Positions 28,034 to 36,227 of a stretch of 64,000 bases of DNA are shown in pieces. The position numbers and the translations under genes are program-made. The DNA lies in NCBI GenBank assembly GCA_963756655.1, contig CAVWOQ010000038.1, forward strand, positions 7,178 to 71,177, in the 5' to 3' direction. The stretch is from an uncultured Solirubrobacterales bacterium. GTDB lineage: Bacteria; Actinomycetota; Thermoleophilia; Solirubrobacterales; Solirubrobacteraceae. Positions within the stretch are counted from its first letter, which is position 1. Every line of letters starts with the position of its first letter. The notes below the pieces were generated by a model. It did no database searches, had not been told where the DNA came from, and worked only from the letters and a program-made list of their open reading frames with translations.

Positions 28034-28058
28034 GTAATTGCAAGGTGCTCTGAATTAC
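28034..28058. promoter_or_regulatory. AT-rich inverted repeat GTAATT-N13-AATTAC, candidate metalloregulator operator
   Basis: Read directly; about 55 nt upstream of the NiCoT start, in a GC-rich background. Confidence 0.4.
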
Positions 28059-28109
28059 AAGTCGCTCGTTGCAGACGACGGGTGCTAGTGTGCGAGCCAG
28101 CTTGCGGTT

Positions 28110-28221
28110 GCGCCTAGGGTTCCGCCGGCGCCCACCCGAAAAAGGGCGTTCCGGGCCTGGACCGAGCGGCGCCAGCCGGTCTGTCGACCGGCCACACCTG
28201 ACGGGATAAAAGCCCCGAGGG
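28110..28221 (+). ncRNA. ykkC-motif riboswitch (subtype-2-like variant)
   Basis: GCGCC-TAGGGTTCCG...CTGGACCGAGC-GGCGC (P1)...CACACCTGACGGGATAAAAGCCC; directly 5' of a transporter gene. Confidence 0.88.
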
Positions 28222-28247
28222 CCTCCTCTCTCCCTACCCGGAGGTCC
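28219..28247 (+). promoter_or_regulatory. Anti-SD hairpin (expression platform): GGGCCTCC pairs with GGAGGTCC containing the SD
   Basis: 8-bp stem with one G-U; SD GGAGG at 28240-28244, TTG start at 28250. Confidence 0.7.
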
Positions 28248-28249
28248 GT

Positions 28250-29083
28250 TTGCCAATCGCACCCGTCGTTCTGTTTGCCGCCGCGCTCCACGCGACCTGG
28301 AACGCGGTCGTCAAGTCCGTGACCGACCGGCTCGCGCTGATGGCGGTCATGGGCCTGTCGACGGTCGCGATCTGTGTGCCGATGGCGCTGCTTGTCAAGG
28401 CCCCGAGCAGCGCGGCGTGGCCGGAGATCGCAGGCTCGGTGCTGCTGCATACGGTCTACAACCTGTTGCTGATCGAGACCTACCGCGACGGGGACTACAA
28501 CCAGGTCTACCCCGTCGCGCGCGGGATCGCACCGCCGACTGTCGCGATCGCGTCGGTGCTGATCGTCGGTGAGACGCTCAGCGCGGTGCAGGCCGCGGGG
28601 GTGTTGATCGTCAGCGGCGGGCTGATGGTGCTGGCCCACGGCAGCCGCCACGAGCCCAAGCGTGCGCTCGCGTTCGCCGCCCTGACGGGCCTGCTGATCG
28701 CCTCGTACACGGTCGTCGACGGCGTCGGCGTGCGCCGGTCTGACTCGGTGCTCGGCTACACGAGCTGGCTGTTCACCGCCGAAGGGTTGATGATGGTTGG
28801 CGCGCTGGTCGTCGGCACCAGGCTCAGCGCCCGGCGGCCGACGTTCGACCGCGAGCTCGTGCAGCGCGGTGCGGTCGCCGGGGTACTGTCGCTGATCGCC
28901 TACGGCCTCGTCCTCTGGGCGCAGACCCGCGGGGCGCTGGCGGTCGTCGCCGCGCTGCGTGAGACGAGCGTCGTGTTCGCCGCGATGATCGGCGCGGTCG
29001 TGTTCCACGAGCAAATGCCGAGCCGGCGGATCCTTGCCAGCGTCCTGATCGCGGCCGGCGCCGCCGCGCTGGCGCTGGGCTGA
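28250..29083 (+). CDS. EamA/DMT family transporter
   Basis: AAALHATWNAVVK, YNQVYPVARG, IASYTVVDG, VAALRETSVVFA; about 10 TM helices. Confidence 0.9.
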   Translation: MPIAPVVLFAAALHATWNAVVKSVTDRLALMAVMGLSTVAICVPMALLVKAPSSAAWPEIAGSVLLHTVYNLLLIETYRDGDYNQVYPVARGIAPPTVAIASVLIVGETLSAVQAAGVLIVSGGLMVLAHGSRHEPKRALAFAALTGLLIASYTVVDGVGVRRSDSVLGYTSWLFTAEGLMMVGALVVGTRLSARRPTFDRELVQRGAVAGVLSLIAYGLVLWAQTRGALAVVAALRETSVVFAAMIGAVVFHEQMPSRRILASVLIAAGAAALALG

Positions 29084-29091
29084 CGGCCGAC

Positions 29092-29117
29092 GTTACCGGG
29101 GGCGCGCAGTCGGGTAG
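29092..29117 (+). promoter_or_regulatory. Putative SigB/SigF-type promoter GTTA-N16-GGGTAG
   Basis: 9 nt upstream of the GTG start at 29127. Confidence 0.55.
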
Positions 29118-29126
29118 CTGCTGTTC

Positions 29127-29612
29127 GTGCTCCGGCGCGTGTTCGCGTTCTCTGTCTGCTGGCTGCTGGCGGCCGGGGTGTACCTGCTGCTGATCGACAT
29201 CACCGATCTGCCGGAGCTGATCGTCGGCGCCGGCGCGGCGCTGCTGGCCGCCGTTGGCTTCGAGTTGACGCGCGAGCGGGAGATCGCGGATCTGAGCACG
29301 AGGTGGCGCTGGCTGGGACGGCTCTACAGGCCGGTGCTCAAGGTTCCGTCCGATGTGCTTGCGGTGTCGCTCGTCGCCTTGCGCCAGCTCCGTCACGCGC
29401 GGGCGGTCAACGGCGAGTTTCGCGCAGTCCGCTTCCGCTGTGGCGAGGACGAGCGACTCGAGACCGGGAAGTGGGCGCTGGCGGAGTCGTTCGGGTCGTT
29501 CGCCCCGAACACGATCATCGTCGGAGTAGACCCCGAGCGCGAGCTGATCCTCGGCCATCAGCTTCGCCGCTCCGGTGCGGCTGATGCGATCGACGTGCTG
29601 GGGCTCGGATGA
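29127..29612 (+). CDS. mrpE: Mrp/Mnh antiporter subunit E-like
   Basis: N-terminal TM pair, ELIVG, SFAPNTIIVGVD..LILGH. Confidence 0.7.
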   Translation: MLRRVFAFSVCWLLAAGVYLLLIDITDLPELIVGAGAALLAAVGFELTREREIADLSTRWRWLGRLYRPVLKVPSDVLAVSLVALRQLRHARAVNGEFRAVRFRCGEDERLETGKWALAESFGSFAPNTIIVGVDPERELILGHQLRRSGAADAIDVLGLG

Positions 29613-29860
29613 ACGAGTGGCAGATCGCAGCGGCGGTGTTGGGCGCGGCATTCATCCCGTGCGTTGCAATCGCGCTGCTGGCGTCGCCGACGCATGGCCT
29701 CGCGGCCGCCGAGGTCGCCGCGGTGCTGTTGAGCACGATCCTGATGCTGCTGTCGGAGGGGTTTCACCGCCAGCCGTTCATCGATCTCGCTGTCGTGTTC
29801 GCCCCGATGTCGCTCGTCGGCTCACTGATGTTCGCGCGGCTGATGGAGCGCCACCTATGA
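29609..29860 (+). CDS. mrpF: Mrp/Mnh subunit F-like
   Basis: 83 aa, three TM helices, FIDLAVV..SLVGSLMFARLMER. Confidence 0.75.
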   Translation: MNEWQIAAAVLGAAFIPCVAIALLASPTHGLAAAEVAAVLLSTILMLLSEGFHRQPFIDLAVVFAPMSLVGSLMFARLMERHL

Positions 29861-30186
29861 GCTGGCGCGCGATCGTCGCGCTGCTCCTGCTGATCACCGG
29901 CGGCGCTCTGGAGCTGCTGGCGGTGATCGGCATGTGTGCGATGCGAGATGTCTACGACCGTCTGCACTACGTCGGGCTAGCCGGCTTCGGCGCCTTTCTG
30001 ATCTCGGCGGCGATCGTCTTTCGCGAGTCGTTTTCGCTGATCGGCGACAAGGCGCTGCTGGTGGGCGTGGTGCTGATCGTGACCGGTCCGATCCTCGTGC
30101 AGACGACGGTGCGTAGCTTCCTAATCCGCGAGCACGGCGACTGGAGGGCGAAGATCGCCGACGCCGAGCCGGAGGAGGGGCGGTGA
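29857..30186 (+). CDS. mrpG: Mrp/Mnh subunit G-like
   Basis: DVYDRLH motif, three TM helices. Confidence 0.8.
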   Translation: MSWRAIVALLLLITGGALELLAVIGMCAMRDVYDRLHYVGLAGFGAFLISAAIVFRESFSLIGDKALLVGVVLIVTGPILVQTTVRSFLIREHGDWRAKIADAEPEEGR

Positions 30187-30461
30187 CCGTGCTGCAGATC
30201 GCGGCGCTGGCGGCGGTGGCGGTCGGCGGCACCGCGGCGGTCGCGGCACGAGATCCACTGCGTCAGACGCTGGTGATCGCGATCTACGGGATGGCGCTGA
30301 CGATGCTGTTCTTCGTCTTCCAAGCGCCGGACGTAGCGCTGTCCGAGATCGTCGTGTCGAGCGTCGGTTTGCCTGTCATGGTCCTGCTCGCGCTGCGCAA
30401 GGTGCGTGAGCAGGAGCAGGAACAAGGGCGCCAGCCGCAGGACGAGCGCGAGCAAGAATGA
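30183..30461 (+). CDS. Standalone DUF4040 (MrpA C-terminal/MrpB N-terminal domain) protein
   Basis: FQAPDVALSEIVV. Confidence 0.8.
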   Translation: MTVLQIAALAAVAVGGTAAVAARDPLRQTLVIAIYGMALTMLFFVFQAPDVALSEIVVSSVGLPVMVLLALRKVREQEQEQGRQPQDEREQE

Positions 30462-31219
30462 GCCGGCGGGCCCGCCTGACGCTGTTCGCGGTCGCCGGCG
30501 CCGGATTCGGAGCGGTGCTCGTGATCGGCTTCGCGAAACTGCCGGCGTTCGGCCACTACCACGGCGTCTACGGACGGGTGCTCGATGGAGTCGGGGTCAG
30601 CCTGCGTCATGCCACTGACCTCGTGACCGGCCTCAACTTCGACTTTCGTGGCTTCGACACCCTGGGGGAGGAATTTATCCTGTTCGGATCTGTGCTTGGG
30701 GTGATCCTGATCCTGCGCGACATGCGCGAGGAGAGCGGCCCTCCCAACCGGCGCGAGGCGGACGAGCACGCTTTTGGAGGAGCGAGCGAGGCGCTGCGAG
30801 CGCTCTCGCTCGTGCTCGTCGCGGCGCTTATCGCGCTCGGGATATACATCGTCGTGCACGGGCAGCTGACGCCAGGTGGTGGCTTTCAGGGCGGGCTGAT
30901 CCTCGCCACGGCCCCGCTGGCGGTGTTCGTCGGCGGCCGCTACATCCGGATGAGGTTCGTCGCGCCGCACCTGCTGGTCGAGCTCGGCGACGCGATCGGC
31001 GCGGTCGGCTACGCGCTCGTCGGGCTCGCCGGGCTGGTGTTCGTCGGTGTGTTCTTCAAGAACTTCCTGCCGTTGGGAATACCAGGGCATCTGCTGTCGG
31101 CCGGGCAGATGGACATCGCCAGCACGGCGGTCGGGCTCGAGGTGAGCGGGGCTTTCCTGGTCGCCTGGAGCGAGTTTCTCGATCAGGCGATCCTCGTCGA
31201 GGAGGGAGAAGAGGCGTGA
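30458..31219 (+). CDS. mrpB: Mrp/Mnh subunit B
   Basis: DFRGFDTLGEEFIL, HGQLTPGGGFQGG, VGLEV. Confidence 0.88.
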   Translation: MSRRARLTLFAVAGAGFGAVLVIGFAKLPAFGHYHGVYGRVLDGVGVSLRHATDLVTGLNFDFRGFDTLGEEFILFGSVLGVILILRDMREESGPPNRREADEHAFGGASEALRALSLVLVAALIALGIYIVVHGQLTPGGGFQGGLILATAPLAVFVGGRYIRMRFVAPHLLVELGDAIGAVGYALVGLAGLVFVGVFFKNFLPLGIPGHLLSAGQMDIASTAVGLEVSGAFLVAWSEFLDQAILVEEGEEA

Positions 31220-31560
31220 GCTTCGCGCCGTTCGCGGTCGCCGCTTGGCTGTTCGTCGCCGGCCTGTACGGGGTCGTCTCGAGCCGCAACCTGATTCGGA
31301 CGATCCTGTCGCTGACGGTCGTCCAGTCGGCGACCTACCTGCTGCTGCTGGGCATCGGCTACCGCAACGGCGGGCAGGCGCCCATCTTCGCCGACATCCC
31401 GGCCGTCAGCAAAGCGGTCGATCCGGTGGTCCAGGTCCTGGTGCTGACTGACATCGTGATCGAGGCGACCGTCACGGGACTCCTGCTGGCCCTCGCGATC
31501 CAGGCGCACAAACGGTTCGGCAGCCTCGACCCGAACGACCTGCGCGCGCTGCGCGACTAG
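31216..31560 (+). CDS. mrpC: Mrp/Mnh subunit C
   Basis: SRNLIRTILSL, DPVVQVLVLTDIVI. Confidence 0.88.
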   Translation: MSFAPFAVAAWLFVAGLYGVVSSRNLIRTILSLTVVQSATYLLLLGIGYRNGGQAPIFADIPAVSKAVDPVVQVLVLTDIVIEATVTGLLLALAIQAHKRFGSLDPNDLRALRD

Positions 31561-31563
31561 CGC

Positions 31564-33387
31564 ATGCACATCACGGCGCTTCCTGTCTTGATTCCGATGA
31601 TCGGCGCTGCGATGCTGGTGGCGGTCAGACACTGGGCGCCGCGATGGTTCAACGACCTCGCCGCGACGGCGGTGGCGATGAGCGTCGTCGTGCTGTGCGC
31701 GATCCTGCTTGTCCACGCCGGGCATAACCCGTTCGCGTACTGGATGGGCGGCTGGCGGCCCAGCCACCAAGTGACGATCGGGATCTCTTTCAGTGTCGAC
31801 TCGGTCGGCGCCGGAATGGCGACCTTCTCGGCGCTGCTGGTGAGCGCGGCGTTGATCTACTCATGGCGCTACTTCGACTCCGCCGACGGGCTGTTCCACG
31901 CCCTGATGCTCGTGTTCCTGGCGGCGGTCGTTGGCTTCTCGCTGACCGGGGATCTGTTCAACCTGGTCGTTTTCTTTGAGCTGATGGGGGCGGTCGCCTA
32001 CGCTCTGACCGCTTACAAGATCGAGGAACGGGGCCCGATTCAGGGCGCGATCAACTTCGCGATCTCCAACAGCATCGGCGCGTACGCGATCTTCATCGGC
32101 GTCGGCCTCCTGTATGCCCGGACCGGGGCGCTCAACATGGCCCAGATCGGCAAGACGCTCGATGGCCACCCGGCCGACCCGCTGGTCGTGCTCGCGCTGA
32201 CGCTCCTGTTCGCGGGCTTTTTGACCAAAGCGGCTGTCGTCCCAATGCACTTCTGGCTCGCCGACGCGCACGCCGTCGCCCCAACGCCCGTCTGTGTCCT
32301 GTTCTCGGGAGTGATGGTCGAGCTCGGGATCTACGCGATCGCCCGCCTCTACTGGGCGATCTTCGCGGGCGCGATCGGCCCGCACGAGTTCCAGCTGCGC
32401 GCGATCCTGATCGCGTTCGGGACCGTCACTGCGCTCTGGGGGGCCGTGATGTGCTTTTCGCAACGCCACATCAAGAGGCTGCTGGCGTTCTCGACCATCA
32501 GCCACGTCGGAATGTTCGTCTGCGGGCTCGGGCTGCTGAGCGCTAAGGGGCTCGCGGGTGTCGCCACCTACGTGGTCGGGCATGGCTTGACCAAGGCCGC
32601 GCTGTTCATGCTCACAGGGGTCCTGCTGCACCGTTTCGGGACGGTCGACGAGTTCGACCTGCATGGCCGCGGCCGGGAGCTGCGCGTCGTCGGCGTGCTG
32701 TTCGCGCTCGGCGGACTGATGCTCGCGGCGCTGCCGGTGGTGACTGAGTTCTTCGGCAAGTCGCTGCTCGACGGCGCAGCTATTGACGCCAACTACGGGT
32801 GGCTGCTGGCCGTGTTCGTGATCGCGTCGATGCTCACCGGAGGGGCAGTGCTGCGCGTGGCCGGTCGCGTCTTCTGGGGCTGGGGTCCGGCTGTCGGCGG
32901 TGACGACGGACAGCAGGAGCGCGTCGCGAGGGTGCAGGACGAGGAGCGCGGCGCGGCTGGGTGGACACCGCCGTTGATGGTGATCGTGCCCGCGACGCTG
33001 CTATTGGCCGCGATCGTGGTCGGCCTGATTCCGGGCGCCGTGCCCGCGATCGAGCGCGCGGCTGACCAGTTCCACGATCATCGCGCCTACGTGGGTTGGG
33101 TGCTAACCGGGCGGCGGCCGCACTTCGGCAACGTCGCGACGAGCCACGTCGAGGCGTACGACTACCTCTACGCGGCCGGGGCGAGCCTCGGGGCGGTAGC
33201 GCTGGCAGCTCTGGGACTGTTCGGACGGCCGTTGCGCGATCGCCTGCCGGGCGTCCTCATCCGGCCGGTTGTCGCAAGCGTCGATCGGCTGCGGTCACTG
33301 CACAGCGGCCACATCGGCGACTACATCGCCTGGTGGACGACCGGTGCCGCGTTGCTCGGCGGCGCCTCGATGCTGCTGCTGACATGA
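31564..33387 (+). CDS. mrpD: Mrp/Mnh subunit D (complex I subunit 5 family)
   Basis: TGDLFNLVVFFELM, TKAAVVPMHFWLADAHAVAPTP, KRLLAFSTISHVG, HGLTKAALF. Confidence 0.88.
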   Translation: MHITALPVLIPMIGAAMLVAVRHWAPRWFNDLAATAVAMSVVVLCAILLVHAGHNPFAYWMGGWRPSHQVTIGISFSVDSVGAGMATFSALLVSAALIYSWRYFDSADGLFHALMLVFLAAVVGFSLTGDLFNLVVFFELMGAVAYALTAYKIEERGPIQGAINFAISNSIGAYAIFIGVGLLYARTGALNMAQIGKTLDGHPADPLVVLALTLLFAGFLTKAAVVPMHFWLADAHAVAPTPVCVLFSGVMVELGIYAIARLYWAIFAGAIGPHEFQLRAILIAFGTVTALWGAVMCFSQRHIKRLLAFSTISHVGMFVCGLGLLSAKGLAGVATYVVGHGLTKAALFMLTGVLLHRFGTVDEFDLHGRGRELRVVGVLFALGGLMLAALPVVTEFFGKSLLDGAAIDANYGWLLAVFVIASMLTGGAVLRVAGRVFWGWGPAVGGDDGQQERVARVQDEERGAAGWTPPLMVIVPATLLLAAIVVGLIPGAVPAIERAADQFHDHRAYVGWVLTGRRPHFGNVATSHVEAYDYLYAAGASLGAVALAALGLFGRPLRDRLPGVLIRPVVASVDRLRSLHSGHIGDYIAWWTTGAALLGGASMLLLT

Positions 33388-33773
33388 GGCGGTGCCCCTG
33401 GCTGGCGCTGTTCGCTGTCGGTCTCTGCGGCTGTGGTCCGCCGCCGCCGCAGGCGCCGCTGATCGACGCCAAGAAACTCGACGCCTCGACCGGCGCGATC
33501 TCGACCACCTGTGGGGAGAGCTACCAGCTACTGGCGTTCGCGGCTGGCGCTCGGCAGGACCTGCAGTCGCTCGAGGCAACCGCGACCGCCGCCGCGCGCA
33601 AGCTCGCGGCCGTCTACGCACGGAATCCGGCGTGGATCTACCAGGGCGAGACAGTCACCGAGATCGTGCACGACAGCGCCTCAATGTTGCGCTCCTGCCG
33701 ACTGGAGGCGGCGGCTGCTGCACTCGTCTCGGCCACGCGCCCGTTTAGCCGTTCACACAACGGGAAGCCATGA
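33384..33773 (+). CDS. Hypothetical lipoprotein
   Basis: Signal peptide ending GLCGC; ATGA overlap with mrpD. Confidence 0.55.
   Translation: MRRCPWLALFAVGLCGCGPPPPQAPLIDAKKLDASTGAISTTCGESYQLLAFAAGARQDLQSLEATATAAARKLAAVYARNPAWIYQGETVTEIVHDSASMLRSCRLEAAAAALVSATRPFSRSHNGKP
33743..33767 (+). promoter_or_regulatory. Putative SigB-type promoter GTTT-N15-GGGAAG
   Basis: 12 nt upstream of GTG 33780. Confidence 0.45.
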
Positions 33774-33779
33774 GGCAAG

Positions 33780-34205
33780 GTGGACGCAACCAAGCCTCAC
33801 GACTCGCAGGTCTCGCAAGCGTCGCTGCCTGAGCTCGTGCAGCAGCTGTCGGAGCAGACGAGTCGCCTCGCCCGCAAGGAGGTCGAGCTCGCAAAAGCGG
33901 AGCTGACCGCGAAGGGCAAGCGGGGCGGGATCGGCGCCGGCATGTTCGGCGGCGCCGGCGTGTTCGGCCTCTACGGCGTCGGGGCTCTGATTGCGTCGGC
34001 AATCCTCGCGCTTGCGACGGCCGTTGCGGCTTGGCTTGCGGCGTTGATTGTCGCTGTCGTGCTGGGTGCAATCGCCGGGGCGCTGGCGCTAGGGGGACGC
34101 AGGCGGGTCCGCGAGGCAACCCCGCCGGTGCCCGAGCAGGCGACCGAGAGCGTCAAGGAGGACGTCGAAGTCGTCAAGACGCGAGTCCAGGAGGCAAGAC
34201 AATGA
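33780..34205 (+). CDS. Phage-holin-like (YqjE/DUF1469 type) membrane protein
   Basis: SLPELVQQLSEQTSRLARKEVELAKAEL, PVPEQATESVKEDV. Confidence 0.85.
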   Translation: MDATKPHDSQVSQASLPELVQQLSEQTSRLARKEVELAKAELTAKGKRGGIGAGMFGGAGVFGLYGVGALIASAILALATAVAAWLAALIVAVVLGAIAGALALGGRRRVREATPPVPEQATESVKEDVEVVKTRVQEARQ

Positions 34206-34516
34206 GCGCCGCGAGCGATCCTAAGCAGATCCAGGAGGAGATCGACCGGACGCGAGCCGAGCTCGGCGACACGGTCGAAGCCTTGGCGCAGAAGGCTGAC
34301 GTCAAGCGTCAGGCCAAGCGCAAGATCCAGGAGACAAAGGCGTCAGTCGCCGACAAGCGGGACGACATCCTGAGCAAGGCCAAGGAGGTGTCGCCCGACG
34401 GCCCGGCATCAGCCGCCGCGCAGGTCTCGGAGAAGGCGCGCGCGAACCCGCTGCCGCTGGCGACCGTCGGTGCGTTCGCAGTCGGGTTTCTTATCGGCCG
34501 AGCGAGCGGGCGGTAG
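34202..34516 (+). CDS. DUF3618 domain protein
   Basis: IQEEIDRTRAELGDTVEALAQKADVK with a C-terminal anchor. Confidence 0.85.
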   Translation: MSAASDPKQIQEEIDRTRAELGDTVEALAQKADVKRQAKRKIQETKASVADKRDDILSKAKEVSPDGPASAAAQVSEKARANPLPLATVGAFAVGFLIGRASGR

Positions 34517-34524
34517 GCGAGTCG

Positions 34525-35139
34525 ATGAGCGGGGAGGTACTGAACACGCGGGACGCGAAGCTCGTCAAGTGGCTGCAGGAGGCGCACGCCAAGGAGGCGG
34601 AGCTGGAAGCGGACCTCACGGCTCATATCGCGCTGACTGAAAAGCAGTCCTACAAGAAGCGACTCCGCCGGCATCTGACGGAGACCCGTGATCACAAGAA
34701 GCGGGTCGCTCGGCGGATCAAGCAACTCGGCGGCTCGGCGGGCGGAGAGCCACCGCTGGGTGCGGTCGCTGAGTTGACCGGAAAGACCGTTGCAACGATC
34801 AAGGGACAGGCCGGGGTGATCCGCGCCGCGCTGACCGAGCAGGCTGAGACCCACCTGAGAAACGCGCACGAGGAGCTGCGTGAAGAGCACGTCGAGATCG
34901 CGCTCTATAGCCGGATCGAGACGTTTGCGAGCGAGGTCGGCGATCGCGAGACCGCAAAACTGGCGGCCGCGATTCGGCGCGACGAGGAACGGATGGCGAA
35001 GTACCTCTCGGCAGAGCTCGAGCGCCTCGTCAAGGCACTCGTGCGGGCGGAAATCCCGCGGGAGCAGCGGGCAGCGGGCCAACGCTCGACGCGGACACGC
35101 CGCGCGACCGCGCGCGCGGGTGCTGCAAGCCGGACCTAG
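34525..35139 (+). CDS. DUF892 (YciE/YciF) ferritin-like protein
   Basis: WLQEAHAKE, HLTETRDH, EHVEIALY, IRRDEERM. Confidence 0.8.
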   Translation: MSGEVLNTRDAKLVKWLQEAHAKEAELEADLTAHIALTEKQSYKKRLRRHLTETRDHKKRVARRIKQLGGSAGGEPPLGAVAELTGKTVATIKGQAGVIRAALTEQAETHLRNAHEELREEHVEIALYSRIETFASEVGDRETAKLAAAIRRDEERMAKYLSAELERLVKALVRAEIPREQRAAGQRSTRTRRATARAGAASRT

Positions 35140-35142
35140 CGG

Positions 35143-36138
35143 TCAGCGCATCCCGGCGCCGCGAGCGGCCGCGCTGGAACCGCCGCGCGCGGCCGCCTGC
35201 TGAAACCGTGTCGCGAGATCCTGGACGCGGGCGATCAGCTCTGGCGGTTCGACGACCTCGAACTCAACTCCGATGTTGGCGATGTAGATCGCCAGTCCGT
35301 CGAGCCAATCAGAGCCCGTGTGGAGCAGGCATCGGCGCTCGTCGATCGGCTCCAGCGTCCCGCTCGCGGGCGGCACCCGGGCCGCGACGGCATCGAGCGG
35401 GGCGTGCAGGATCACGCGCGCGTGGTAGCTGTCGCGCGCCGTCGACACCCCGCGCGCGACCCACGCGGCGAGGTCGTCGGCAGGGGGCTCGCGCGGCGCA
35501 AAGCGCCGGTCGGCGCGCGGCTTGGCTTCGATCCTGTCGACCCGGAACGTCCGCCAGTCGGCCCGGTCCGTGTCCCACGCGACGAGATACCAGCGTCGGC
35601 CGGTGTGGACGAGGCCCTGAGGCTCCACGACACGACTGCCGGCGTCGCCGTCGTGGGTGCGGTAGCGGAAGCGCAGCCGCTCGTGATCCCGGCAGGCGGT
35701 CGCGATCGCCAACAGCGTCTCGGGGTCGACGACCGGACCGCCGGCCGGGTACGGCACGGTCGCCACGCCGACCGCGTGGACGCGGCGACGTACATGCTCG
35801 GGCAGTAGCGCCTCGAGCTTCGACAGCGCTCTGACCGACGTCTCGCCAATCCCGGCGACGCCACCGCGGACCGCCGTCCGCAACCCGACGGCGATCGCGA
35901 CCGCCTCCTCGTCGTCGAGCAACAGCGGCGGCAGCGATGCCCCGGCGCGCAGCCGGTAGCCGCCCGCGACGCCCGGTCGCGCCTGCACCGGGTAACCGAG
36001 CCGTCGCAAACGCTCGACATCGCGCCTTACCGTTCGCGGCGTGATCTCGAGGCGCTCGGACAGCTCCGGACCGGACCAGTCGCGGCGCGACTGAAGTAGG
36101 CCGAGCAGTTTCAGGAGGCGGGTGGACGTCTCGAGCAC
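35143..36138 (-). CDS. HTH + WYL domain transcriptional regulator (YafY family)
   Basis: RLLKLLGLLQ..WSGPELSERLEITPRTVRRDVERLR, RWYLVAWD..DWRTFRVDRI; start chosen at GTG 36138. Confidence 0.93.
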   Translation of the reverse strand: MLETSTRLLKLLGLLQSRRDWSGPELSERLEITPRTVRRDVERLRRLGYPVQARPGVAGGYRLRAGASLPPLLLDDEEAVAIAVGLRTAVRGGVAGIGETSVRALSKLEALLPEHVRRRVHAVGVATVPYPAGGPVVDPETLLAIATACRDHERLRFRYRTHDGDAGSRVVEPQGLVHTGRRWYLVAWDTDRADWRTFRVDRIEAKPRADRRFAPREPPADDLAAWVARGVSTARDSYHARVILHAPLDAVAARVPPASGTLEPIDERRCLLHTGSDWLDGLAIYIANIGVEFEVVEPPELIARVQDLATRFQQAAARGGSSAAARGAGMR

Positions 36139-36161
36139 GAGCTCAAGTAATCGTAGATCGA

Positions 36162-36176
36162 GGACCGTAACGGTCC
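36162..36176. promoter_or_regulatory. Perfect inverted repeat GGACCGT-A-ACGGTCC between the divergent WYL and VOC genes
   Basis: 7-bp arms read directly. Confidence 0.6.
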
Positions 36177-36227
36177 GCAATTGACCGTACCTTCGAACGT
36201 ACGTCAAACGAGGAAAGGACAAGCACG

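Noticed and set aside
27980-28100. Cobalamin or NiCo riboswitch upstream of the NiCoT gene
   Set aside because: No B12-box or recognisable NiCo four-way-junction sequence on the minus strand; the structured RNA in this spacer is on the plus strand and belongs to the EamA gene.
29127-33387. Membrane-bound [NiFe]-hydrogenase, suggested by the Mbh-like gene order and nearby Ni permease
   Set aside because: No large or small hydrogenase subunit, Fe-S protein or hyp maturation gene in the window.
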